Made by a program: the position numbers and the translations under genes. From NCBI GenBank assembly GCA_013290045.1, contig JABCYU010000001.1:1-59300 (forward strand): a stretch of DNA of 59,300 bases, given 5' to 3'. Below, one piece after another: positions 7,977-17,318 of the stretch (its first letter is position 1; each line of letters starts with the position of its first letter). Source of the stretch: Methanobacteriota archaeon (GTDB lineage: Archaea; Thermoplasmatota; Thermoplasmata; Lutacidiplasmatales; UBA184). Below the pieces are notes generated by a model. That model had not been told where the DNA came from. It was given only the letters and a program-made list of their open reading frames with translations, and did no database searches.

Positions 7977-10201
7977 TCCGCTCCGATCTCCTCGCGAAGG
8001 CCTCCGGCGCGACGGAGTTCGGAACGGACCTCGCCGAGCCCGAGATGCTCTGGGCGGCCCTCGTCCTGGCCCCGATCGCCCACGGAAGGATCCGACGGGT
8101 GGACCTGTCGAAGGCGCGGGCGATGCCCGGCGTCCACGCCGTGGTGGGCGCCGAGGAGACGGCTCGGCTGTTGGGGCCGGGCGCCGGAGATCCGGAGCGC
8201 CCGCTGTTCCCGTCGACCGAGGTGCGTTACCGGGGCCAACCGCTCGCCGCGGTCGCGGCCTCCTCGCTCGCCGAGGCGCGGGCGGCCGCGAGGGCGGTCC
8301 AGATGGAGTTCGACCCGTTGCCCATCGCGGGCGACCTGGAGGAGGTCGTGGCGGAGTGGCCGGGGTCGGAGGCCGGAAGCGACCCCCGGATGATCGCGCA
8401 CGTCCGGGCGTCCAACGGGGATCTCGGGGAGGAGTTCCGCCTGGCGGAGTTCGTCCACGCCGAGACGTACCGGACGAACGGCGTCGCCCAGGTCGCCCTC
8501 GAGCCCCACGCCTGCGTGGCGAAGGTCGACGTCGGGCGCTGGTTCGTCCGAACCTCGACCCAGACCCCGTTCGGGATCCGCGAGGACGCGAGCTCGATCC
8601 TCGGGGTGCCCGAGGCGTCGCTGGTCGTCGAAGGCAGCTGGGTCGGCGGAGGGTTCGGCGGCAAGACGGCCGCCCTGGTCGAACCGTACGCCCTCCTCCT
8701 CTCCGCCGCGACCGGACGGTGGGTGCGGCTTTCGCTCAGCTACACCGAGGAGTTCGTCCTCGGACGCTCGACGTTGCCGGCCGTGGTCCGGCTCGAGAGC
8801 GCAGTACGAGCCGGACGGGTCACGGCCCGTCGCGTGCGCCTCCTGCTCGACACCGGTGCCTCACTCCCCGGCCGGGACTTCGCGACCGGCTACGCGATCG
8901 GATTCCTCCTCGGACCCTACCGGAGCGACGCCTTCGACATCGAAGGGTACGCCGTCCGGACGAACAAGCCCCCGTTCGGACCCCACCGCGCCCCGTTCGC
9001 GCCCCAGTGTTCGTTCGTTGCGGACTCGCACATGGACAGCATCGCGCGCCGGCTCGGCGTGGACCCGGTCGCGTTCCGTCTCGCCCACGTCTGGCGTGCC
9101 GGCGACGTGACGCCGCTGGGCCAGGCCGTGGGACCGTTCGGGCTCGCCGAATGCCTCGAGAAGGCGGGGGCGCTCCTCGCCATCTGGCGCCGGGAGCTAC
9201 CGACCGCCGACGGCTTCGGGTTGGGCGTCGGGTGCGGATACTGGTCGACGAACGCGGGGGCCGGAGGGGAGGCGCTCCTTCGGCTCTCCCCGAACGAGCT
9301 CACGATCGACCAGGGCGAGCGGGAGATCGGCTCGGGGAGCGTCGTCCGGGGGCTCGTCGCGGTCGCCGAGCGGGTCCTGAAGATTCCCTCCGACGCGGTC
9401 CGCGTCGGCTACTCGGACACCTCGAGGGCCCCGTTCGACTCCGGGGTGTTCGGGAGCCGGACGGTCGGGGCGCTCGGCCAGGCGGTCGAGAAGGCCGCCC
9501 GACGACTGGCCACCGAGCTCGGCCGACGCCTGGGGACGTCCGACCCCGCGACCCTGGCCCGGGACGATGATCAGCTGGTGGCGATCTCCGGGGCGGTCCG
9601 GCGACCGGTGCGCGAGCTCCTGACCTCCGAGGAGCTCCGGGCCGGCGGGCTCGAATTCCCCGGTCAACACGCCGCGCCCCCCGGTCGGATCGACGACTCC
9701 CGGGTCGGGGCCGGAACGTTCTACCCGTACACCGACTTCACCGGCGCCGCCCACGTCGCGCTCGTGCACGTCGACCGGGCCACGGGGGCGGTCCGGGTCC
9801 TCCGGTACGCGGCGTTCCACGATGCGGGGGTCGTCATCGACCCGGCGACGTTCCGGGCCCAGGTCGAGGGGGGGGTCGCGATGGGGCTCGGCTCGGCCTT
9901 GACCGAGGAGACCCTGTGGGGTCCGGACGGCCGGCTCCTGAATCCGTCGCTCCTCGACTACCGCATCCCGACGCTCGGGGAGGTTCCCCCCATCGAGGTC
10001 CACGCGGTGCCCGGACACCCCGGGGCGGGACCGTTCGGCGCGAAGGGGCTCGGCGAACCGCCGATCATCCCGGTTCCGGCGGCGGTGGCGAACGCCGTCG
10101 CCGATGCGACGGGGGCCAGGGTCCGGGAGATGCCGCTGACGCCGGAGCGGGTGGCGAGAACCCTTAATCTTCTTGCGTCGGGGGGGACGGGGCGGGGATG
10201 A
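7973..10201 (+). CDS. Molybdopterin-binding large subunit of a xanthine dehydrogenase family enzyme (CoxL-like)
   Basis: The ATG at 7973 overlaps the stop of the small subunit (ATGA). Contains WVGGGFGGKTA and the C-terminal AKGLGEPPIIPVPAAVANAV carrying the catalytic Glu. It is the in-frame part of track ORF 7265..10201. Confidence 0.9.
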   Translation: MIRSDLLAKASGATEFGTDLAEPEMLWAALVLAPIAHGRIRRVDLSKARAMPGVHAVVGAEETARLLGPGAGDPERPLFPSTEVRYRGQPLAAVAASSLAEARAAARAVQMEFDPLPIAGDLEEVVAEWPGSEAGSDPRMIAHVRASNGDLGEEFRLAEFVHAETYRTNGVAQVALEPHACVAKVDVGRWFVRTSTQTPFGIREDASSILGVPEASLVVEGSWVGGGFGGKTAALVEPYALLLSAATGRWVRLSLSYTEEFVLGRSTLPAVVRLESAVRAGRVTARRVRLLLDTGASLPGRDFATGYAIGFLLGPYRSDAFDIEGYAVRTNKPPFGPHRAPFAPQCSFVADSHMDSIARRLGVDPVAFRLAHVWRAGDVTPLGQAVGPFGLAECLEKAGALLAIWRRELPTADGFGLGVGCGYWSTNAGAGGEALLRLSPNELTIDQGEREIGSGSVVRGLVAVAERVLKIPSDAVRVGYSDTSRAPFDSGVFGSRTVGALGQAVEKAARRLATELGRRLGTSDPATLARDDDQLVAISGAVRRPVRELLTSEELRAGGLEFPGQHAAPPGRIDDSRVGAGTFYPYTDFTGAAHVALVHVDRATGAVRVLRYAAFHDAGVVIDPATFRAQVEGGVAMGLGSALTEETLWGPDGRLLNPSLLDYRIPTLGEVPPIEVHAVPGHPGAGPFGAKGLGEPPIIPVPAAVANAVADATGARVREMPLTPERVARTLNLLASGGTGRG

Positions 10202-11355
10202 CGGTGGAGCGGGGCGAGATGCAGGCGCTCCTCGAACGATACCCCACGCCCCCGATCATCGCCGCCGTCGGCTCGCACTCTGCGATCGATATCGCCGACG
10301 GAGCCGTCTCGGAGGGGTTCCGGACCCTCGTCCTGGCCCAAGAAGGGCGGGAGCTCACCTACCGACGGTACTACCGGGCCCAGCGGGACGCCGACGGCAC
10401 GCTTCGGCGCGGCTGCGTGGACGACGTCTGGACCTACCCAAGGTTCGCCGACCTCGCGGCGCCGCTCGAACAGGAGCGGTTGCGGGGGGCCGGCGCCCTG
10501 CTGGTGCCGAATCGCGCCTTCAGTTCCTACGTCCCCCTGGACGCGATCGAGGCGCAGTTCCGGGTGCCGCTCGTCGGTTCCCGCACGATGCTTCGGCTCG
10601 AGGAGCGCTCGGAGCGGGAGAACTATTACACGCTGCTCGAGGCGGCGGGGATCCCGACCCCCACGCGCGTCGCGGGACCCGGGGCGATCGATGGGCTGAG
10701 CATCGTGAAGCTCCCGCACGCGGTGAAGCGGCTGGAGCGTGGGTTCTTCACCGTGGCCAGCCCCGCCGAATACGACCGGAAGAGCGCCCAGCTCCTCGAA
10801 CTCGGGACGATCTCGCGCGAGGACCTCGCGACGGCGCGGATCGAGCGGTACATCGTCGGGCCGGTGTTCAACTTCAACTTCTTCTTCTCCCCCCTCGTCC
10901 CCCGGGCCGACGGGCTCGAACTCCTCGGGGTCGACGAGCGCCGGGAGAGCTCCTTGGACGGGCTGGTACGGCTGCCGGCGGCGCAGCAGATGGAGCTCGG
11001 GGAGGCGGCCCGGGTCCCCGAGTATACCGTGGTCGGCCACGGGACGCTCACCGTCCGCGAGTCGATCCTCGAGGACGTTTTCCGGTTGGGCGAGCGGTTC
11101 GTCGACGCCGCTCGCCGCCGCTACCCGCCGGGGATCCTCGGTCCGTTCTGCCTGCAGACGTGCCTCGACCGGGACGGAAAGCCGACCGTCTTCGATGTCG
11201 CGGCCCGGATCGGAGGGGGCACCAACATCCACCTCGGGGTCGGCCACCCGTACGGCAATGCGTTGTGGCGCACCCCGATGAGCTCCGGGCGACGCATCGC
11301 CGTGGAGATCCGCCGGGCCCTCGAAGTGCATCGCCTGAAGGAGATCGTCACATGA
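10198..11355 (+). CDS. purP: 5-formaminoimidazole-4-carboxamide ribonucleotide (FAICAR) synthetase, archaeal PurP
   Basis: 385 aa. The stretches IAAVGSHSAIDIADGA...ERYIVGPVFNFNFFFSP...GPFCLQT...VFDVAARIGGGTN are typical of PurP. There is an ATGA overlap with the upstream gene. Confidence 0.9.
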   Translation: MTVERGEMQALLERYPTPPIIAAVGSHSAIDIADGAVSEGFRTLVLAQEGRELTYRRYYRAQRDADGTLRRGCVDDVWTYPRFADLAAPLEQERLRGAGALLVPNRAFSSYVPLDAIEAQFRVPLVGSRTMLRLEERSERENYYTLLEAAGIPTPTRVAGPGAIDGLSIVKLPHAVKRLERGFFTVASPAEYDRKSAQLLELGTISREDLATARIERYIVGPVFNFNFFFSPLVPRADGLELLGVDERRESSLDGLVRLPAAQQMELGEAARVPEYTVVGHGTLTVRESILEDVFRLGERFVDAARRRYPPGILGPFCLQTCLDRDGKPTVFDVAARIGGGTNIHLGVGHPYGNALWRTPMSSGRRIAVEIRRALEVHRLKEIVT

Positions 11356-12542
11356 GCGAAACCGCTGCCCCGGGAGCCGCGCCCGTCCTCGAACGCACCC
11401 CATTGTACCCGTTCCATCTCGTGCACCTCGCGAAGATGGTCCCGTTCGCGGGATGGGAGATGCCGCTCTACTATGCCGGGATCATCCCCGAGCACCAGGC
11501 GGTGCGCTCGTCGGTCGGGTTGTTCGACGTCTCCCACATGGGGATCATCACCGCCGTCGGCGAGACGGCGATCGCGCTCCTCAGTCGCCGCACGACGTCG
11601 AACGTCGCGAAGATCGTCCCGGGCCAGGTACGCTACACCTTCCTCCTCGACCTCGACGGCACCATCGTCGACGATCTGCTCATCACGCGGACGGACGACG
11701 GGGCCGGCGCGGTCCCCGCGTTCCTCGTGGTCCCGAACGCGAGCCGCGCCCGGCGGGTCTTCGACCTGTTCCGACAGCACCGCAAGCCGGACGTGACATT
11801 GGGCTACCACAACCACCAGGCGGCGATCCTCGCGGTCCAGGGTCCCGGCGCCCGGGCCCTCCTCGAGGCGGAGTTCGGGTGGGATCTGGGGGGTCTCAAG
11901 TTCTACCACGGCGCCGCGTTCCCGGCCTCCCGAGGGGGGGCGGGAGATCCGAAGGGACGGCTCGGCCTGGAGATCCCGGCCGGGCTCTCCTCCGAGCTGT
12001 GGGTGAGCCGCACCGGCTACACCGGCGAAAGCGGCTTTGAACTGTTCGCCCCAGCCCCCCTCGCGATCCCGTTGGCGGACGCCATTGTCGCCCGCGGCGC
12101 GCTCCCGGTCGGACTCGGAGCCCGCGACACGCTGCGACTCGAGAAGGGCTACCTGCTCTCCGGGCAGGATTTCGACCGCGATCGCACCCCGCTCGAGGCC
12201 GCGCAGGACCGGTTCGTGGAGCTCGACCACGACTTCGTCGGTCGGCCGGTGCTCGAAAAGCAGCGGAAGGAAGGGCTCCCCGTCCGGCTCGCCGGTCTCG
12301 CCGTCGCCGAGCCGAACGCCATCCCCCGACACGGTACTCCCGTGCTCCACGACGGCCGGCCGGTCGGTATCGTGACCTCCGGGGGGCTCTCCCCGACCCT
12401 GCAGCACGGGATCGCGCTCGCCTACCTGCCGCCTCCGCTCGCGGCGGAGGGGACGGCGCTCACGCTCGACCTCCGGGGACGGTCGGTACCGGCCCAGGTC
12501 GTCCGCCTCCCGTTCCTCGCGGCCACGCCCGTCCGACGTTGA
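11352..12542 (+). CDS. gcvT: Glycine cleavage system T protein (aminomethyltransferase)
   Basis: The ATG at 11352 overlaps the purP stop. Contains PLYPFHLVHLAKMVPFAGWEMPLYYAGIIPEHQAVRSSVGLFDVSHMG...RTGYTGESGFE...ARDTLRLEKGY. Confidence 0.9.
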   Translation: MSETAAPGAAPVLERTPLYPFHLVHLAKMVPFAGWEMPLYYAGIIPEHQAVRSSVGLFDVSHMGIITAVGETAIALLSRRTTSNVAKIVPGQVRYTFLLDLDGTIVDDLLITRTDDGAGAVPAFLVVPNASRARRVFDLFRQHRKPDVTLGYHNHQAAILAVQGPGARALLEAEFGWDLGGLKFYHGAAFPASRGGAGDPKGRLGLEIPAGLSSELWVSRTGYTGESGFELFAPAPLAIPLADAIVARGALPVGLGARDTLRLEKGYLLSGQDFDRDRTPLEAAQDRFVELDHDFVGRPVLEKQRKEGLPVRLAGLAVAEPNAIPRHGTPVLHDGRPVGIVTSGGLSPTLQHGIALAYLPPPLAAEGTALTLDLRGRSVPAQVVRLPFLAATPVRR

Positions 12543-12571
12543 TATACTGAGGCTCTGCCCTAGAGGCGCCC

Positions 12572-15019
12572 ATGGCTGTCGCGGCCGCCCCCGGGGGCGA
12601 GCGGACGTTCATCGGCCGCGCCGAGGTGATCGATGCGCTCAGGAGGCGCAGCGATGCGGCGCGCTCCGGCCGCGGGGGGTTCACCGTCATCGAGGGCGAC
12701 GCCGGCGTCGGCAAGTCGACCCTGGTCCTCGGCGTCGTCGCCGAGGCGAAGGCCCGGGGGATGCGGGTCCTCGTCGGGCGCGCGGCCGCGCTCGACAACC
12801 CGCCGCCGTACAACCTCATCCGGGCCGCCCTCACCCCGGAGGAGAAGCCCGCGGGCCTCCTCCCGTCGGGCGAAAGCGCCCCCATCGCCTTCGTCCCCGA
12901 AACGGGCGGGGAGACGCTGATGCTCGGCTTCGCCGGGCGCGCCGACCTCTCCGGGAACCCCGGCGCCTGGCCCGTGGAGGAGCGCCTCCTCGAGTCGATC
13001 ACCGGTCCGGGCGAACCCGCGGAGACGAGCCGGGAGCGCCTCATGGCGCAGCTCGCCGACGAGGTCCTCGACGTCGCCCATCGGGGCCCGTCCCTCCTGG
13101 TGCTCGAGGACCTCCATTTCGCCGACGACCCGTCGCTCGAGTTCCTGGAGTACCTGGCGCCCCAGCTCGAGACCCACGCCCTGTGGATCGTCGCGACGAC
13201 CCTGTCCATCGGCCTCCTGAGCGACCGGCGTCGCGCCGGGGTCGAACGGATCGTCCGCTCCTCGGACGCCGAGCGCCTCTCGGTCCGGCCGTTCACCCCC
13301 GGAGAGCTCGTCGAGTTCGTCCACCAGATCGCGGGCCGGGACGTCCCGGCCGAGGAGATCACCCGATGGCACTCCCAGACCGGCGGGAACCCCCAGTTCG
13401 TGGAACAGCTGCTCCGGACGCGCGGCGCCGACCGGTCGTCCTCGACCGCCGACCCGTTCGAGGGGTCCGGCCCCCCGGAGCTCGCCCAGTACCTCGCCCG
13501 CCAGCTCCCGAACCTCTCGGAAGAGGAGCACCGGGCGATGTCCGTCGCCTCCGTGCTGGGGAAGGGGTTCACCTTCCAGCTGCTCCTGAAGGCGAGCGGC
13601 GAAGAGGAGGAGCGGCTCGCCGAGATCACCGAGCACCTGGTGCGGCGCGGCATCCTGAGGGAGCGGGACGACGAGCATCTCGAGTTCGTCCGCGACGAGC
13701 TTCGGACCGAGGTGTACGGATCGCTCACCGACACGCGCCGCCGGCTGCTCCACAAGAAGGCCGCCGAGGCGCTCGAGGCGACCGGCGCCGCCGACGTCGC
13801 CACCGTCTTCGCGCTGGCCCGCCACTTCTACCTGGGCAAGATCGATGACCGGGCGCAGGAGTACAACCACCTCGCGGCCGAGTTCGCGGCCCGCTCGATG
13901 AGCCCGGCGGTCGCCCGCGACCACCTCGAGCGCGCGCTCGAGTGCCACCGGCGGGCGCGACCGGCCGACCGCTCCGGCGAGGTCGAGATCGCGCTCGAGC
14001 TCTCCGTCCAGCTGGACCGCTTAGGAGAGCTCAACGCCGCCGAGGCGCTCCTCCGGGAGATCCTCGCACGCCCCGAGCGCCTCACCGACGTCCCCGCCCG
14101 CCAGCGGATGCTGGTGCGCGTCTACCTGGCCCACCTCCTGACCGAGGAGGGACGATGGGAGGAGGCCGATCTCCTCACGGGAGAGCTCCTCGCGGGGGAG
14201 GAGGCGAAGGCGGCGCCGCTCACGCGGATTGCCATCCATCGGTTGCGGGGGGAGGTGCGCTACTACCTCGGTCGCTACGACGAGTCGCTCTCGGAGCACG
14301 ACGAGGCGCTCACGCTCGCGCGGCGGTTGGGCGACGCCCGGGAGATCGCGCTCGAGACGGTCCGGCGCGCGAACGTCCTCGGCATGATCCCGGGTCGGTT
14401 CGAGGAGGCGGTCAACGACTACCGGGCCGCCACGGAGTCGCTCATCGAGTTGGGCGAACGCGGCGAGGCGGCGTACGCCCTCCTGTTCCTCGGGGTCGTC
14501 CAGAGCCAGCACCGACAGAACGCCGAAGGGCTCGCCTCCCTGAAGCGAGCGCTCGCCCTCGCCGAGGAGGCCCACGACCTGCGGCGCATCGGCTGGTCAT
14601 TGTTCAACATCGCTGACCTGCTCCAGGAGGAGGGCCACCTCGAGGAGGCGGAGGAGCGGAACCGCCGCTCCCGGGCGATCCTCGAGAAGGTCGGCGACCG
14701 CTTCGGCCTGGCGCAGACCCACATCATCGCCGGGAAGATCCTGCTGCGGAAACCCGCCCTCGCCGAGGCGGAGCTCGAGCTCCTCGAAGCGTACCGGCTC
14801 GTCCGCGAGCTCCACACGCCCGCCGACGAGCTCGACGTGGTGCTGCGTCTCGCCGAAGTGGCGTACGCCCGGGGCGACCGCGCCCAGGCGAAGAGTCGGG
14901 TCGACGAGCTCGCGAAACGGGAGATCGCGCGAATCCGCCCGGACCTCGCGACCGATTTCGTCGAGCTCCGCACCCGGCTCGAAGGGGGGGACGGTCCACC
15001 TGACGCCCCCTCCGGCTAG
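12572..15019 (+). CDS. STAND-type P-loop ATPase (AAA_16-like) with C-terminal TPR repeats
   Basis: 815 aa. It has an N-terminal FIGRAEVIDALRRR...GGFTVIEGDAGVGKSTLV, a Walker B LLVLEDLHFAD, and a long TPR-like C-terminal half. No HTH or effector domain recognised. Confidence 0.8.
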   Translation: MAVAAAPGGERTFIGRAEVIDALRRRSDAARSGRGGFTVIEGDAGVGKSTLVLGVVAEAKARGMRVLVGRAAALDNPPPYNLIRAALTPEEKPAGLLPSGESAPIAFVPETGGETLMLGFAGRADLSGNPGAWPVEERLLESITGPGEPAETSRERLMAQLADEVLDVAHRGPSLLVLEDLHFADDPSLEFLEYLAPQLETHALWIVATTLSIGLLSDRRRAGVERIVRSSDAERLSVRPFTPGELVEFVHQIAGRDVPAEEITRWHSQTGGNPQFVEQLLRTRGADRSSSTADPFEGSGPPELAQYLARQLPNLSEEEHRAMSVASVLGKGFTFQLLLKASGEEEERLAEITEHLVRRGILRERDDEHLEFVRDELRTEVYGSLTDTRRRLLHKKAAEALEATGAADVATVFALARHFYLGKIDDRAQEYNHLAAEFAARSMSPAVARDHLERALECHRRARPADRSGEVEIALELSVQLDRLGELNAAEALLREILARPERLTDVPARQRMLVRVYLAHLLTEEGRWEEADLLTGELLAGEEAKAAPLTRIAIHRLRGEVRYYLGRYDESLSEHDEALTLARRLGDAREIALETVRRANVLGMIPGRFEEAVNDYRAATESLIELGERGEAAYALLFLGVVQSQHRQNAEGLASLKRALALAEEAHDLRRIGWSLFNIADLLQEEGHLEEAEERNRRSRAILEKVGDRFGLAQTHIIAGKILLRKPALAEAELELLEAYRLVRELHTPADELDVVLRLAEVAYARGDRAQAKSRVDELAKREIARIRPDLATDFVELRTRLEGGDGPPDAPSG

Positions 15020-15059
15020 TCGGCGGCGCCGCCGGCGACTGCCGCCGGGGACGGCGGCG

Positions 15060-15893
15060 GTGGTCCGTCGGGCGTTGCTCGAGGACCGGGTCCGATCCGA
15101 CCGGACCAGCCAGGCGCTCGTCGATCGAAGGCGGCGCGCCGTCGGCGTGGTGACGGCCCAGCGTTCCGGGGTGCTCTCCGGGAACGCCGTCGCCGCGGCC
15201 GTCGCCCGCGCCTGCGGGCTACGCGTCCTCGGGGCCGCCCCGGATGGGAGCCGGTTGCGTCCCGGCCGGGAAGTGCTGACCGTGGGCGGGTCGGCGCGCG
15301 CGATCCTCGGCGCGGAACGGACGATGCTCAACTTCCTCATGCACCTCTCCGGCGTGGCCAGCCGAACCGCGCTCGCGGTACGCTCCGCCCGGCCGCTCGG
15401 CGTCCTGGCGACGCGCAAGACGATCCCCGGGCTCCGGGCGCTCGAGAAGGCGGCCGTCGTCCACGGGGGCGGCGAGCCCCATCGCTCGGACCTCGCTTCC
15501 GGATTGCTGGTCAAGAACAACCACCTCGCCCTGGTGCCCATCGCTTCGGCCGTGGCCCGCCTGAGGGACCGGGAGGGGCGGGCGGCGCGGATCGAGATCG
15601 AGATCCGCACCGCGCGGGAAGCGGTCGAGGCGGCCCGGTCCGGGGCCGATGCGATCCTCATCGACAACGCCTCCCCGACGGCCGCCCGCCGGATCGTGCA
15701 GGCGCTCGAGGTCGCGGGGCTGAGGAGGTCCGTCCTCGTCGAACTTTCCGGGGGGATCACCGTCGAGAACGTCCACCGGTACCGCCGCACGGGAGCCGAT
15801 GCGGCGAGCCTCGGAGCGCTCACCCACTCCGCCGAGGCGCTCCCGTTCCACCTCACGGTGCGGCCCCAGGGTAACCGACCCCACCGCCGTTAA
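15060..15893 (+). CDS. nadC: Nicotinate-nucleotide pyrophosphorylase (quinolinate phosphoribosyltransferase)
   Basis: 277 aa with ERTMLNFLMHLSGVAS...ATRKTIPGLRALEKAAVVHGGGEPHR...LVKNNH. Confidence 0.9.
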   Translation: MVRRALLEDRVRSDRTSQALVDRRRRAVGVVTAQRSGVLSGNAVAAAVARACGLRVLGAAPDGSRLRPGREVLTVGGSARAILGAERTMLNFLMHLSGVASRTALAVRSARPLGVLATRKTIPGLRALEKAAVVHGGGEPHRSDLASGLLVKNNHLALVPIASAVARLRDREGRAARIEIEIRTAREAVEAARSGADAILIDNASPTAARRIVQALEVAGLRRSVLVELSGGITVENVHRYRRTGADAASLGALTHSAEALPFHLTVRPQGNRPHRR

Positions 15894-15928
15894 GAGAGGC
15901 CCCGGCCTCGTTTCCGGGGGGACGGGGG

Positions 15929-16834
15929 ATGTCGCTCGAAGCGGAGGTCCGGCGGCTGAAGGAGGAGCGCAACGCGCTGCTCCTCGCCCACAACTACCAG
16001 CTCCCCGAGGTGCAGGATGCCGCCGACTATGTCGGGGATTCGCTCTACCTGTCGCGGAAGGCGGTCGAGGACGACCGCCCGGTGATCGTCTTCGCCGGCG
16101 TGACGTTCATGGCGGAGACGGCGAAGATCCTGAACCCGGGCAAGACCGTCCTGTTGCCCGACCTGAAGGCCGGCTGCGGTCTCGCCGACTCGATCACCGG
16201 CGACCAATTGAGGACCTGGAAGGCCGAGCATCCGGGGGCCGTCGTCGTCGCCTACATCAACACCACGGCGGACGTCAAGGCGGAGTCCGACTACTGCTGC
16301 ACGAGCTCGAACGCGATCAAGGTCGTGAGCGGCGTCCCGGCCGACAAGGAGATCCTGTTCCTCCCGGATATGTTCCTCGGCGAGTGGGTGCGCCAGAAGA
16401 CCGGGCGCAAGATGCACCTGTGGGTCGGCGACTGCCCCGTGCATGCCAAGCTGCGCCCGGAGGACCTTCAGCGCGCCCGCCACGAACATCCGGGAGCGGA
16501 GATCGTCGCCCACCCCGAGTGCGGGTGTTCGACGGCGGCGCTCCCGCATGTCGATCGGATCCTGTCGACCGACGGGATGGTCCGGTTCGCCGAGGAGACC
16601 CGCGCCCCCGAGGTGCTGGTCGCGACGGAGGTCGGGATCCTCCACCGGATGCGCCGGCTGAACCCGGGAACTCGCTTCACCCCCCTATCGGAGGGCGCCA
16701 TCTGCCCGTACATGAAGCAGATCGACCTGACCGATGTCCGCGACTCGTTGCGGCTCAACCGCTATGTCATCGACGTGCCGCCGGAGACGGCCCGCAAGGC
16801 CCGTCGCGCGCTCGACCGGATGATCGCGTCGTAG
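15929..16834 (+). CDS. nadA: Quinolinate synthase
   Basis: 301 aa with LLLAHNYQLPEVQDAADYVGDSL...VFAGVTFMAETAKILNP...AYINTTADVKA...CPYMK. Confidence 0.9.
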   Translation: MSLEAEVRRLKEERNALLLAHNYQLPEVQDAADYVGDSLYLSRKAVEDDRPVIVFAGVTFMAETAKILNPGKTVLLPDLKAGCGLADSITGDQLRTWKAEHPGAVVVAYINTTADVKAESDYCCTSSNAIKVVSGVPADKEILFLPDMFLGEWVRQKTGRKMHLWVGDCPVHAKLRPEDLQRARHEHPGAEIVAHPECGCSTAALPHVDRILSTDGMVRFAEETRAPEVLVATEVGILHRMRRLNPGTRFTPLSEGAICPYMKQIDLTDVRDSLRLNRYVIDVPPETARKARRALDRMIAS

Positions 16835-16841
16835 GCCGTGG

Positions 16842-17201
16842 CTACGGGCCGGGGACTCCCGGCACCAGCGGGGCGAGGCCGCGGACCAGGTAGAGATAGG
16901 CGGAAAGCAACAGCAGGAACGAGGAGAGGAAGACGACCCCCATGGCGCTCCACGACGGTTTCGTCGTGAGATAGAACCCGATCGAGAACGGGTTCATCCG
17001 CGTCGAGAGGAACGATCCGCCGGTCCACAGCAACATCACGCCCAACATCGCCGGGATCAAGATCGAGTAGGCGCCCAGCAGCAGACCGGCGAGAAGGATC
17101 ACGGCCGCCACCGGGGCCGCGGCGTGGGAGCGGCGCTTCGGCTCGGCGGGCGTTTCGGACGGGGGCGGATGCGGAGGGTGGTGTTTGTGCGGGCGCACCA
17201 C
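16842..17201 (-). CDS. Small integral membrane protein, about 119 aa
   Basis: This is the 3' part of track ORF 16842..18308. Three hydrophobic segments are visible (AAVILLAGLLLGAYSILIPAMLGVMLLW..., MGVVFLSSFLLLLSAYLYLV). I prefer the GTG at 17201: the 48 codons up to the ATG at 17345 have only about 31 of 48 G/C third positions by hand count and would overlap the divergent gene. The start remains uncertain. Confidence 0.55.
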   Translation of the reverse strand: MVRPHKHHPPHPPPSETPAEPKRRSHAAAPVAAVILLAGLLLGAYSILIPAMLGVMLLWTGGSFLSTRMNPFSIGFYLTTKPSWSAMGVVFLSSFLLLLSAYLYLVRGLAPLVPGVPGP

Positions 17202-17318
17202 CGGAACGCCGCCCTCGCCCAGTACAAATCCGTCGGCCTCCAGTGGAAATCTCGACCCGCCGTCGCGGGAACGCCCTCGTCGCGATTCTCGAGGGTAAGG
17301 TAGATACGGGCGGAGCCT

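Noticed and set aside
9958-15856. Long minus-strand ORFs 9958..11403, 11121..12407, 12460..13803, 12560..13948 and 14597..15856
   Set aside because: They are antisense to purP, gcvT, the STAND ATPase and nadC. All are low-complexity translations with no motifs.
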